Numbered from the stretch's first letter, positions 8,881-17,042 are shown. The stretch is 64,000 nucleotides of DNA from a virus (IMGVR_UViG_3300020576_006967:64001-128000), one strand, 5' to 3'. Notes: a model not told the origin generated them from the letters alone. Made by a program: numbers and translations.

Positions 8881-9483
8881 CTATCTCTCTTTACCTAATT
8901 TATCTGGCGGCGACATAAAATAATGTAAAAAGTCGTAAGCCCAGTTTTTCCACTTGCTAATTTTAGCAAGTGGAATGTTCAAAGGTGTTTTTTGAATCAT
9001 TTGATTTTTTACACCTTTGATTTTGTCTGAACTTTCCCTCTTTTTATTGAACATGTCAATAATTAAGTTGAGGTATTTATTTGGCTCTTTACCATTTTTT
9101 TGAATTGTCATATATGAGAAAGCGCACTTGTCAAAGTATTTAGCATACCTTGCCGTATCATCTGTGCACATTGGTATTTCATTTCTTTCACAATAGTCTG
9201 CTTTGGTTCTATCCCAGGCTTCATCAGAAATCCAAGGATCTCCTTTTTCATCGTAAAACATAGACTCCTTATTGTTTCTGTGATAATCAGCAATTGAAAA
9301 CAAGTGTGTGTAGGCAATGCCATACGACTTTAATTCTTCTTCAATGCCTTTTTCAGCAATATGACTTCCAGTTAAAACATGAATTTCCCAACCATCTTTA
9401 ACAAGACTATTTGTGACTAGCGCAAAAAATTCAGGTGCTGAATTTATAACGCCATGTAAATCTAAAACCCAAGCTTTTTTCAT
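8881..9483 (-). CDS. HAD-superfamily phosphatase-like protein
   Basis: LDLHGVI, LTGS, K, TDD motifs. Confidence 0.65.
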   Translation of the reverse strand: MKKAWVLDLHGVINSAPEFFALVTNSLVKDGWEIHVLTGSHIAEKGIEEELKSYGIAYTHLFSIADYHRNNKESMFYDEKGDPWISDEAWDRTKADYCERNEIPMCTDDTARYAKYFDKCAFSYMTIQKNGKEPNKYLNLIIDMFNKKRESSDKIKGVKNQMIQKTPLNIPLAKISKWKNWAYDFLHYFMSPPDKLGKER

Positions 9484-9486
9484 AGT

Positions 9487-10392
9487 TTAAAGATATTCTT
9501 TTACAATTTTAAATTTGGTGCTGTGTCTTAATTTTCTTAAAGATTTTTCTTTAATTTGTCTAACACGCTCCCTGGTTAAATCGACTTTCACCCCAATTTC
9601 TTCAAGACTTTGAGCTGGTACACCTTCCTCTAAACCGAAAAATGCAACTATTACCTCTTGTTCTTTTTGAGTTAATCTAGATGCTAACATTTGTTTAATT
9701 ACAAACTTCAAATCTTCATTTATTAAACCAGCATCAACGTTTAAAGATGGATCCATTTTTATAAGATCAAGAAGTGTTGTTTGATTGTCGTCGCTAAAAG
9801 GTGTATCTAAGGATTGTGTTTTATTTGAGGTTGTTAGAAGCAAAGCAACATCTTCAATTAAAAAATTCTTTGCTGGAAATTTTTCAGAAAGATAAAAAGC
9901 AATTTCTTCAATAGATGGAGGTCTCTCAAGCTCTTGTTCTAATGCCGATGTTGCATTTCTTATTTTGTTTAGATCGGCAACTTTATTTAATGGTAATCTT
10001 ATTGTTTTTGAATGTTCGTTTATTTGTTGCATAATAGATTGACGAATCCACCACACAGCATAAGAGATAAATTTAAAGCCTCTGGAATGATCAAAACGTT
10101 TTGCGGCCTTAATTAAACCTTCGTTTCCAGCTGATACGAGATCTGGTAGAGATAAACCTTGATTTTGGTATTGTTTTGCAACACTAATAACAAATCTTAA
10201 ATTTGATTTTGCCATTTTGTTCACTGCTAACTGAGATGCATGCGGGTCTTCGTTGTATGCTTGAATTATTTTAGCAAGCTCAACTTCTTCTTCTGCTGTA
10301 ATCCCAGGGATTGTTCCAATTTCATTTAAGTACTTTTCGAAAGAAATTGATTCTCTGTTTGTGATTTGTTTAACGATTTTAAGTTGTCTCAT
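9487..10392 (-). CDS. rpoD: Bacteroidota-type RpoD/SigA sigma-70 factor
   Basis: MRQLKIVKQITNRES..YLNEIG; NLRFVISVAKQY; GFKFISYAVWWIRQSI; LTRERVRQIKEK. Confidence 0.9.
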   Translation of the reverse strand: MRQLKIVKQITNRESISFEKYLNEIGTIPGITAEEEVELAKIIQAYNEDPHASQLAVNKMAKSNLRFVISVAKQYQNQGLSLPDLVSAGNEGLIKAAKRFDHSRGFKFISYAVWWIRQSIMQQINEHSKTIRLPLNKVADLNKIRNATSALEQELERPPSIEEIAFYLSEKFPAKNFLIEDVALLLTTSNKTQSLDTPFSDDNQTTLLDLIKMDPSLNVDAGLINEDLKFVIKQMLASRLTQKEQEVIVAFFGLEEGVPAQSLEEIGVKVDLTRERVRQIKEKSLRKLRHSTKFKIVKEYL

Positions 10393-10418
10393 AATTTATG
10401 TGTTGGTATATTTGTAAG

Positions 10419-10444
10419 TTATACGTTGCAAAAACAAAAAGGTT
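10419..10444 (-). promoter_or_regulatory. ECF-type promoter AAC-N16-CGTATAA upstream of the sigma gene
   Basis: Minus strand: AACctttttgtttttgcaaCGTATAA. Confidence 0.7.
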
Positions 10445-10481
10445 GTAAAAAAATGAAAATAAATTGAGAAATTTTAAAAAT

Positions 10482-10521
10482 AAAAAACCCTCAACTTACT
10501 ATTGTTCGGTTGAGGGTTTTT
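10482..10521 (-). terminator. Intrinsic terminator closing the tmRNA locus
   Basis: aaaaaccctcaac / gttgagggttttt 13-bp inverted repeat. Confidence 0.8.
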
Positions 10522-10530
10522 GTTCGATCC

Positions 10531-10623
10531 TTAAACCAATTCAGCCACAAGGACTGCACTAGTTTCAGGCGTATTAGCGTAAGCGATTGCGCTTTGAGCT
10601 AATACCTTTGTTAGGTTTTTGCC
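10531..10623 (-). other. tmRNA tag reading frame (A)GKNLTKVLAQSAIAYANTPETSAVLVAELV*
   Basis: Resume context ATCAAAC-GGC resembles Bacteroidota tags that start with Gly; 30 codons then TAA within a hairpin. Confidence 0.65.
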
Positions 10624-10700
10624 GTTTGATAGGCTGATTAATCTCTCCTTGTAGCTTTTGATTCGTGTTCGAAATCATTCGCCCCCATTTTTTCAGTTAA

Positions 10701-10883
10701 TTACTTAACCGAGGTTGTAGTAGCTGCTGTTGTCATTGTATCAGCGCAAACCGCTTTACAAGAATCAACCGCTACAGTGTCACACTTAGGCGCTTCCGTT
10801 TCCGTAGCTACTTCAGTGGCCGTATTTGTACAAGCTCCTAGAGCTAATGCCAAAACGATCAATAGTTTTTTTGTTGTTTTCAT
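10701..10883 (-). CDS. Small lipoprotein inside the tmRNA intervening segment
   Basis: MKTTKK-LLIVLALALGAC lipobox; Thr/Ala-rich body with three more Cys. Confidence 0.8.
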   Translation of the reverse strand: MKTTKKLLIVLALALGACTNTATEVATETEAPKCDTVAVDSCKAVCADTMTTAATTTSVK

Positions 10884-10884
10884 C

Positions 10885-10952
10885 TAGTGGAAGCGCAGGG
10901 TATAGAGCCCTGGTTACACAAATTTCGACTACATATCAACGAGCTTAATCTG
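10885..10952 (-). ncRNA. ssrA: tmRNA acceptor piece (circularly permuted two-piece tmRNA)
   Basis: GATTAAGCTC..TGTAGT..ATTTGTG (P2), T-arm CAGGG-CTCTATA-CCCTG, acceptor strand CGCTTCC, discriminator A, then CTA; 5' end approximate. Confidence 0.85.
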
Positions 10953-10956
10953 ATTG

Positions 10957-10986
10957 TAAATATACAGAAATTTTTCCAATTCCAAA
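10957..10986 (-). promoter_or_regulatory. Bacteroidota housekeeping-type promoter for the tmRNA precursor
   Basis: TTTG-N18-TATATTTA, close to the -33/-7 consensus TTTG..TAnnTTTG. Confidence 0.6.
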
Positions 10987-11003
10987 TAGAAATTGAAAAA
11001 TAA

Positions 11004-11360
11004 TTAAAATTTTTTTATAGGAATTTTAGAATTTTGATTCTGGGTATTATTGCCAAACTTTCTACCTAGAAGATTAACTCTTTGAAGCACGAATCTAAGC
11101 TCTAGTTCTCCGCCATTTTTTTCTGCCTCAAAACCGCACAAAGATATGGTTTGCTCTTTTTCGTCGGACTCTATAACCTTATCAAAACAAGCACTGGCAA
11201 TACTTTTCAAGTCCTGTTTGGTTGGTGTTTTTAATTTTTCTACATTGTTAGTTTTTACGCTAATTTTTAAACCAAGAAGTTTAAAAACAGTCTTGATTTG
11301 TTCGAAATCAAAATCTTGAATTATAATTTCTTTTTGTTCGTATAATTTTTCTTTGTTCAT
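11004..11360 (-). CDS. Hypothetical protein
   Basis: ORF track. Confidence 0.55.
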   Translation of the reverse strand: MNKEKLYEQKEIIIQDFDFEQIKTVFKLLGLKISVKTNNVEKLKTPTKQDLKSIASACFDKVIESDEKEQTISLCGFEAEKNGGELELRFVLQRVNLLGRKFGNNTQNQNSKIPIKKF

Positions 11361-11362
11361 GG

Positions 11363-11629
11363 CTATTGTTTTGGTGTTAAAGTAAATTTTTTAAATAAAT
11401 CTTGAAGAAATCCGTATTCGTTAAGTTCTTTACAATGAAATCTTCCATTGGCGTGTTGCATATTGTCTTCAATAAGAGTTTGTACTTTAGCTCTGATTTG
11501 AACTTGAGAAATTGGTTTTTTAAATGGATTGGTTGACTCTAAGTCTTCTTGATAGTCCTTTTCATCTTGTTCGTCAACAAGAGATTGAATTTCATCTTTT
11601 AATTCTGTGGTATTATTTACTGTTTTCAT
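11363..11629 (-). CDS. Hypothetical protein
   Basis: ORF track. Confidence 0.55.
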   Translation of the reverse strand: MKTVNNTTELKDEIQSLVDEQDEKDYQEDLESTNPFKKPISQVQIRAKVQTLIEDNMQHANGRFHCKELNEYGFLQDLFKKFTLTPKQ

Positions 11630-11942
11630 GTACGGATTTTTTTACTTTTATTTTAATAAGCTCTTTTAACAAAATTTCTTTAACCTCAACAGGTTCAAGG
11701 CCTTTAAATGAAAGGCTTACTGATTTACCGTTTTCTTTTCCCTTGCCTTCACGTACTTCGATGTTGGTAACTCTACCTTTTAAAAATGGGCTTAATTCTT
11801 CTTTTTCAATGGTTTCTTTTATAAAGTCATAAACTTCTTGTTGTGATGCATCACAAAAAGTCAAAAACTCTGTTTGGACTCCTTGTTTTTTAATGTTAAC
11901 CCTCATTAAGAGAGGTGGATCTGGAGTGGTGTATATTCTCAT
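11613..11942 (-). CDS. Hypothetical protein
   Basis: ORF track; start trimmed to the ATG coupled to the upstream stop. Confidence 0.55.
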   Translation of the reverse strand: MRIYTTPDPPLLMRVNIKKQGVQTEFLTFCDASQQEVYDFIKETIEKEELSPFLKGRVTNIEVREGKGKENGKSVSLSFKGLEPVEVKEILLKELIKIKVKKSVHENSK

Positions 11943-12349
11943 GTGGTTGGTTTTAATTTGTGCCAAAATCTTTCAGAAAAATAAACATTTGGAAGATCAA
12001 CGGCAGCCTGGAACATTGGTGCTATGTCTTTAACTCTATATTTAGCTAGACCGCAACCAATCTCTGTTGTGTAAAATGTTATCTCTGGATGCAACTTGCA
12101 AAAATCAATGTACCTTTCAATGTAAATTTTTATTTTAGTGAGAGGTAAAACTTGCATTTTTTTCGTTTTAGTTGGAATACCATATGTGTTACCAGCGTGC
12201 CCCTCACCTTGACCCATTTTTGCGCCCATACCCATAGCGTCTTTTGCAGCGCCCTTAGAATGTCTTCCGCCTTCGTTGCTACCAAATGTAAAGCAGAATC
12301 CCTCTGGTACCTTTTTTATTTTTCCCTTAGGAATTATTCTGTTTTCCAT
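11939..12349 (-). CDS. Macro-fold-like phage protein (FxFGSN family)
   Basis: FTFGSNEGGRH..GAA..TYGIPT..TEIGCGLA. Confidence 0.7.
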   Translation of the reverse strand: MENRIIPKGKIKKVPEGFCFTFGSNEGGRHSKGAAKDAMGMGAKMGQGEGHAGNTYGIPTKTKKMQVLPLTKIKIYIERYIDFCKLHPEITFYTTEIGCGLAKYRVKDIAPMFQAAVDLPNVYFSERFWHKLKPTT

Positions 12350-12387
12350 AATTACTTATACGCTAAAAGTTGAAAAAGGTTTCATTG

Positions 12388-12840
12388 TTAAGCTGTTTTT
12401 TTCCACTTAGCATCTACATTTAGTTTTGCGGGTTTGTCGTATTGTTTTGCTCCAACAACGTTTCCTTCACAATCAAAAAAGGTAACCTTGTAATTTGTGT
12501 TTAATTCTCTGGGAAAAGCTAACTCTTCTACGGTTTTATGAGGATTTAAGATTCTTACCCCACGAAAAAGGAACGCTTCCATGAGCTCATGCCTTACAAT
12601 TAGCTCAGCACAGAGCCAAGCGGTCATAACAACGCCAGTTTCACTGCAATTTTTATCAACAAACATCCAACGACCAAATCCAGTGCTAACTTTTCCATTG
12701 TTTATGTCTGGACGTTTAAAAGAAGTTCTAAGTAAAAAACCATCTGGGTTTTCTTTAACTTGAAACTTCCAGCCCATATCTAGGTTGCTTGGCGCAAAGG
12801 TGATGTTTTTTACTATTTTTTTTATTTCGGCTAAATCCAT
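12388..12840 (-). CDS. Hypothetical phage protein
   Basis: GFGRW..HELMEAF..NPH; start after the ECF motif at 12885-12910. Confidence 0.6.
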   Translation of the reverse strand: MDLAEIKKIVKNITFAPSNLDMGWKFQVKENPDGFLLRTSFKRPDINNGKVSTGFGRWMFVDKNCSETGVVMTAWLCAELIVRHELMEAFLFRGVRILNPHKTVEELAFPRELNTNYKVTFFDCEGNVVGAKQYDKPAKLNVDAKWKKTA

Positions 12841-12974
12841 TTTGAAATCTTGATTTAATTGTCTACTTTTATCTAGTTTATTGGTTATACGTAAAAACCC
12901 ATACAAGGTTGCAAAAAAACAAATAATTAATACATGTCATATATTTTATACTATTTATAATGAAAGTATAAAAT

Positions 12975-13598
12975 ATGAAAAAAATTTGTAATATATGTGA
13001 TATTGAAAAAGAATTAGTTGATTTTAACAAGTGTAAAAATAGCAAAGATGGATTTCTTAATTATTGTAAAATTTGTAACAATGTAAAAAGGAGAAAAAGA
13101 ACAGCTAAAAATAAAGATTTATTGAATGAATGGAAGAGAAACTATTTAAAAAACAATCCAGAACAACGAGAAAAACATCTTAAAAGGTTGAAAATTTATA
13201 ATGAAAAAAACATTGAAAAGCATAGGAAGTATGCTTTAGCTTTAGAGAAGAAAAGATTAAAAACAGACAAAGTGTTTTTAATCAGAAAAAACATAAAACA
13301 ATCAATAAAACATTCTTTTAAAAAAAAAGATGTAAAATGTAAAGAAAAAATGCAAAACATTTTAGGGTGCACATACAAAGAATTTAAACAATATATTGAA
13401 AGCAAATTTGAATCATGGATGACATGGGATAATTATGGTAAATTTAATGGAGAATTAAAATGTGGTTGGGACATTGACCATATTATACCAGTGTCATCTG
13501 CTAATTCAGAAGAAGAAATAATTAAGTTAAGCCATTACACAAACTTCCAACCTTTGTGTAGCAAGGTAAACAGACACATTAAAAGTAATAAATTTTAA
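12975..13598 (+). CDS. HNH-family homing endonuclease with N-terminal zinc finger
   Basis: CNIC..CKIC; MTWDNYG..WDIDHIIP..NFQPL..N. Confidence 0.75.
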   Translation: MKKICNICDIEKELVDFNKCKNSKDGFLNYCKICNNVKRRKRTAKNKDLLNEWKRNYLKNNPEQREKHLKRLKIYNEKNIEKHRKYALALEKKRLKTDKVFLIRKNIKQSIKHSFKKKDVKCKEKMQNILGCTYKEFKQYIESKFESWMTWDNYGKFNGELKCGWDIDHIIPVSSANSEEEIIKLSHYTNFQPLCSKVNRHIKSNKF

Positions 13599-13604
13599 AA
13601 AATT

Positions 13605-14177
13605 ATGACAGTAATAGTCGGTTTAATTGACAAAGAAGCTGTATATATAGGCGGCGATAGTGCGGCTATAGACACCTCAGAGTTATCTTATAGTTCAAGA
13701 GCGGACACAAAAGTGTTTCGTAAAGGTGATATGATATTTGGTTTTTCTGTTTCTTTTAGAATGGGTCAACTTCTAAGATATAAACTAAGAGTTCCGAACC
13801 ATCCTAGAGGAATGGATAACTTTCAATATATGGCAACTTTGTTTATTGATTCAGTTAGAAAGTGCTTTGATGATAACGGATATACATCTATGGACACAGA
13901 AGATGGTGGTGAGTTTCTAATTGGATATAAGGGGGGGTTATATTCAGTGCTGAGCGATTATCAAGTAGCTGAATCCAGACAAAATTACACAGCTCTTGGT
14001 TGTGGAGAGTCTTTTGCTATGGGGGCTCTTTATGCAACCAAAGAAAGGGACCCAATAAAAAAAATTGAGCTTGCTTTAAACGCTTCTGCCACATTCTCGA
14101 TGGGGGTTAGGCCACCTTTTGAAATTGTGAAGTTGGCTCACAAGAAAAAACCAGCAGCTAAAACAACTAGAAAATGA
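13605..14177 (+). CDS. HslV/proteasome beta-like Ntn threonine protease
   Basis: N-terminal Thr (MTVIVG), GGDS, K, ALGCG..AMGAL. Confidence 0.75.
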   Translation: MTVIVGLIDKEAVYIGGDSAAIDTSELSYSSRADTKVFRKGDMIFGFSVSFRMGQLLRYKLRVPNHPRGMDNFQYMATLFIDSVRKCFDDNGYTSMDTEDGGEFLIGYKGGLYSVLSDYQVAESRQNYTALGCGESFAMGALYATKERDPIKKIELALNASATFSMGVRPPFEIVKLAHKKKPAAKTTRK

Positions 14178-14683
14178 TTAATAACAATATAATCTCATTC
14201 GATTTTGATGGTTCTTTAAGCGATCACCATAATGGTGATATAAACATTTATAAAAAAACCACACAAGCAAATGCAAAACTTTTAATTTCTTTGGGCTATG
14301 AGGTTCATATTGTTACAAGGCGATACGATCATTATAATGCGCAGAGAGGTTTGGTAAACGAACATTTACCAGTGATTCAAATGGCAAAAGAGCTTGGCAT
14401 TGACAATGGTAATATACACTTTACAAACAGGTCTTGGAAATACGAAACCATTCAAAAACTAGGAGCGTCAGTACATATTGACGATGATAATATGGAGCTT
14501 TTTTGGCTTGAAAGACATTGTCCAGGTGTTAAGGTTTTTGTTGTAGGACCAGAAGATTGGCAGGGAAATTTGTTAAAACACATTGAGCAAAATTTGATAA
14601 TTAGAAAAAGTAAAGAAAGTTTTATTGGAAAAATAAAAAAAATATTAAAAAAATTACAACCTTTTACAAAAAAGAACGTATAA
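14174..14683 (+). CDS. HAD-superfamily phosphatase-like protein
   Basis: SFDFDGSL, IVTRR, K, HIDDD. Confidence 0.7.
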   Translation: MINNNIISFDFDGSLSDHHNGDINIYKKTTQANAKLLISLGYEVHIVTRRYDHYNAQRGLVNEHLPVIQMAKELGIDNGNIHFTNRSWKYETIQKLGASVHIDDDNMELFWLERHCPGVKVFVVGPEDWQGNLLKHIEQNLIIRKSKESFIGKIKKILKKLQPFTKKNV

Positions 14684-14702
14684 GCATATAAAAACTATAA
14701 AA

Positions 14703-15257
14703 ATGGAAAACGAAAAAAAGCCAAATATTGGCAAAATTTTAATTATCTCAGGTGTGATTGGTATAGCTTTAATAACTCTTATTACTTATGTTACACTAAG
14801 CAATAAAGAAGTTCGTCTTAACAATAGCGCAGTAGCTCAAGAACAAGTATGTAAGCTTGATTTTGACAATATGTTCAAGACCATCAAACAAACAGCAAAT
14901 GTTGCCGAAGAAGCCAAAGAATCTTTTAAAGAAATTTATTTTGGTATTACCGATAAAACATATGCAAATGATCAAAATTTAGTTATGAAATGGGTTACTG
15001 CTGCAAACCCTCAGTTTGATATGAGTTTGTTTAAACAGTTGATGACAATAATTGAATCAAAAAGAAATGATAATCAATATCAGCAATCAAAGTTGGCCGA
15101 CATTCAGCGTGAATGGAAAGATCTTGTTGGAACGTTTCCAGGAAGTTTATTTCTTGGCAGTCGCACCCTCAATATTACATTTGTTACTTCTGGAAAAACT
15201 AAAGAAGTGTATCGCACTGGCGAGGATAACGATCTAGAATTATTCAATAAAAAATAA
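14703..15257 (+). CDS. LemA-like membrane-anchored helical protein
   Basis: N-terminal TM, NP..D..F..LM..IE..R, FPGSLF. Confidence 0.6.
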   Translation: MENEKKPNIGKILIISGVIGIALITLITYVTLSNKEVRLNNSAVAQEQVCKLDFDNMFKTIKQTANVAEEAKESFKEIYFGITDKTYANDQNLVMKWVTAANPQFDMSLFKQLMTIIESKRNDNQYQQSKLADIQREWKDLVGTFPGSLFLGSRTLNITFVTSGKTKEVYRTGEDNDLELFNKK

Positions 15258-15260
15258 GAC

Positions 15261-16394
15261 ATGATAATTTGGTTTGCCTTACTGATACCAGTAATCACCG
15301 CCGTTATTTTATTAAAGTTTTTTAGCCATAAGACTGCCATATGGGAATTTGCAATCCCATTTTTGGCAACCTTGATTACGATACTTATTATAAAATTTGG
15401 CGGAGAAAGCGCTCAAACTTCAGATACTGAATTTTTGAGCGAACCAGCTTCTCACGCTATTTATTCTGAACCTTGGGATGAAGAAGTGCCATGTACCCAC
15501 TCTTATAATTGTAATTGCACAAAAGATGACAAGGGTAATGAAAGTTGTCAAACTTGTTATGAGCATTCGTATGATGTGGATTATCACCCAGCTTATTGGT
15601 CTATTGTTTCTGAAAGTGGCAACGAAATAAGAATTACAGAAGCTAAATATTATTCTTTAGTTGGTAGGTGGAAAAACAAAGTATTTGAAGATCAAAATAG
15701 AGACTTTCACGATATTGATGGCGATTGGTATGTTACTTATTGGCCAAAAAATGAAAGTGTATTAGAGTGCATGGTAAAAGAGCACTCCTATGAAAATAGA
15801 GTCCAGTCATCAAATAGCGTTTTCAATTATCAAGAGGTTAGCGAAGAAGACAAAAAACACTATGGAATTTATGAATATCCCAATATTTCATTTGGTTATA
15901 ATCAAACAAATATTTTAGGAATGGGAGATTCTACAAGAAGGACCGCTGAAAGAAAAATGGAAATTTTAAATGCCAAACTTGGAAAAGTAAAGCAGGTAAA
16001 AGTTTTTATTTTATTATTTAGAAACAAAACCGAAAATGCCGCTTTTATACAAGAGTGTTATTGGAAGGGCGGAAACAAAAACGAGCTTGTTGTGTGTATT
16101 GGTATTGACGATGCCTTAAATGTAAAGTGGTGCAAAGCATTCTCTTTTACTGAGGTATCTGAAATAAAGATTAATGTTAGGAATTATGTGACAGACTTAA
16201 AACAATTGAATTGCTCTAGTGTTGTTGATTTTCTTTCAACAGAAGTTGAGAGAAATTTTAAAAGGAAACACTTTAAAGACTTTAATTATCTTGAAATTGA
16301 ACCGAAGGGTTGGCAAATATGGTTGACGTTTATTTTAACCATTGTCATTAATATAGCTGTGTCTGCCTGGGTAATTAAAAACGAGTTTAAATAA
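15261..16394 (+). CDS. Membrane protein with Cys-rich and TPM-like soluble domain
   Basis: 2 N-terminal TM + C-terminal TM; WKGGNKNELVVCIG. Confidence 0.55.
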   Translation: MIIWFALLIPVITAVILLKFFSHKTAIWEFAIPFLATLITILIIKFGGESAQTSDTEFLSEPASHAIYSEPWDEEVPCTHSYNCNCTKDDKGNESCQTCYEHSYDVDYHPAYWSIVSESGNEIRITEAKYYSLVGRWKNKVFEDQNRDFHDIDGDWYVTYWPKNESVLECMVKEHSYENRVQSSNSVFNYQEVSEEDKKHYGIYEYPNISFGYNQTNILGMGDSTRRTAERKMEILNAKLGKVKQVKVFILLFRNKTENAAFIQECYWKGGNKNELVVCIGIDDALNVKWCKAFSFTEVSEIKINVRNYVTDLKQLNCSSVVDFLSTEVERNFKRKHFKDFNYLEIEPKGWQIWLTFILTIVINIAVSAWVIKNEFK

Positions 16395-16397
16395 TAT

Positions 16398-16727
16398 ATG
16401 AGTAAACCTAGAACAATACAAGAAGAAGATTATCAGTTTTTGTCAAGGTTAGCAGTAAAAATGAAAACCCAAGACAATCAAAAAACCGCATTCCCATTAT
16501 TCTGTGTATACGACAAACAGGAGGATGACAGCCACAAACATATTCAATCTTTTTTTACAGAAGAAGGAATGAACGAGTTTTTAAAGGACTGGGGCGACGA
16601 TTTAAAAAAACCATTTACCTATATAAAATCTGCTCAATACAATTCGGAAATTAGGGAATTAATGAAATTTGTTGTATCTTTGGATGAACTAGTTTTACCA
16701 GAACATGATAACAAAGCTTATTTATAA
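16398..16727 (+). CDS. Hypothetical phage protein
   Basis: TQDN..TA.PLFCV pattern. Confidence 0.55.
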   Translation: MSKPRTIQEEDYQFLSRLAVKMKTQDNQKTAFPLFCVYDKQEDDSHKHIQSFFTEEGMNEFLKDWGDDLKKPFTYIKSAQYNSEIRELMKFVVSLDELVLPEHDNKAYL

Positions 16728-16820
16728 ACTTGCAAACCTTCTGGGTTTATTTAAAAAAAAAGAGCAAATATTATTTTGCCAAGAAACAAAAATTAAAAAC
16801 AAACATAAAAAACAACAGCC

Positions 16821-17042
16821 ATGATAGTATCAATTCTTCCAATTATTTTTCCATTTGCATTTGCTTTGTTAATGGCATATTTATGGAAAATTTTAGTCAA
16901 CAAACCTTTTGACCACTGGGCGATATGTTTGCTTGTTGGCGTTTTAAGTTTTTTCTTTTTTGCGCCAGCAATTATTATTTTTGTTTTATATCTTGTTTTT
17001 AAATATGTTATATTCAACAAAGAAGATAAAGAAAAACAATAA
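16821..17042 (+). CDS. Small membrane protein
   Basis: Two hydrophobic segments. Confidence 0.55.
   Translation: MIVSILPIIFPFAFALLMAYLWKILVNKPFDHWAICLLVGVLSFFFFAPAIIIFVLYLVFKYVIFNKEDKEKQ

Larger units (their letters stand above)
10482..10686 (-). ncRNA. ssrA: tmRNA coding piece (circularly permuted two-piece tmRNA)
   Basis: 5' GGGGGCGAATGATTTCGAAC; GGGGGCG pairs with CGCTTCC of the upstream piece incl. G3.U; P2 strands CACGAAT/GCTACA/GAG.TTAATC; tag ORF 10623-10531; 3' end approximate. Confidence 0.85.

Noticed and set aside
10520-10540. Plus-strand GTTCGATCC resembling a tRNA T-loop
   Set aside because: No cloverleaf can be built; it is the antisense of the tmRNA coding-piece 3' end
10885-10915. 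tRNA/tmRNA 3' fragment as an integration-site (att) remnant
   Set aside because: It is not a duplicate of anything here; it pairs with the downstream piece through the acceptor stem and P2, has its own promoter, and no integrase is nearby
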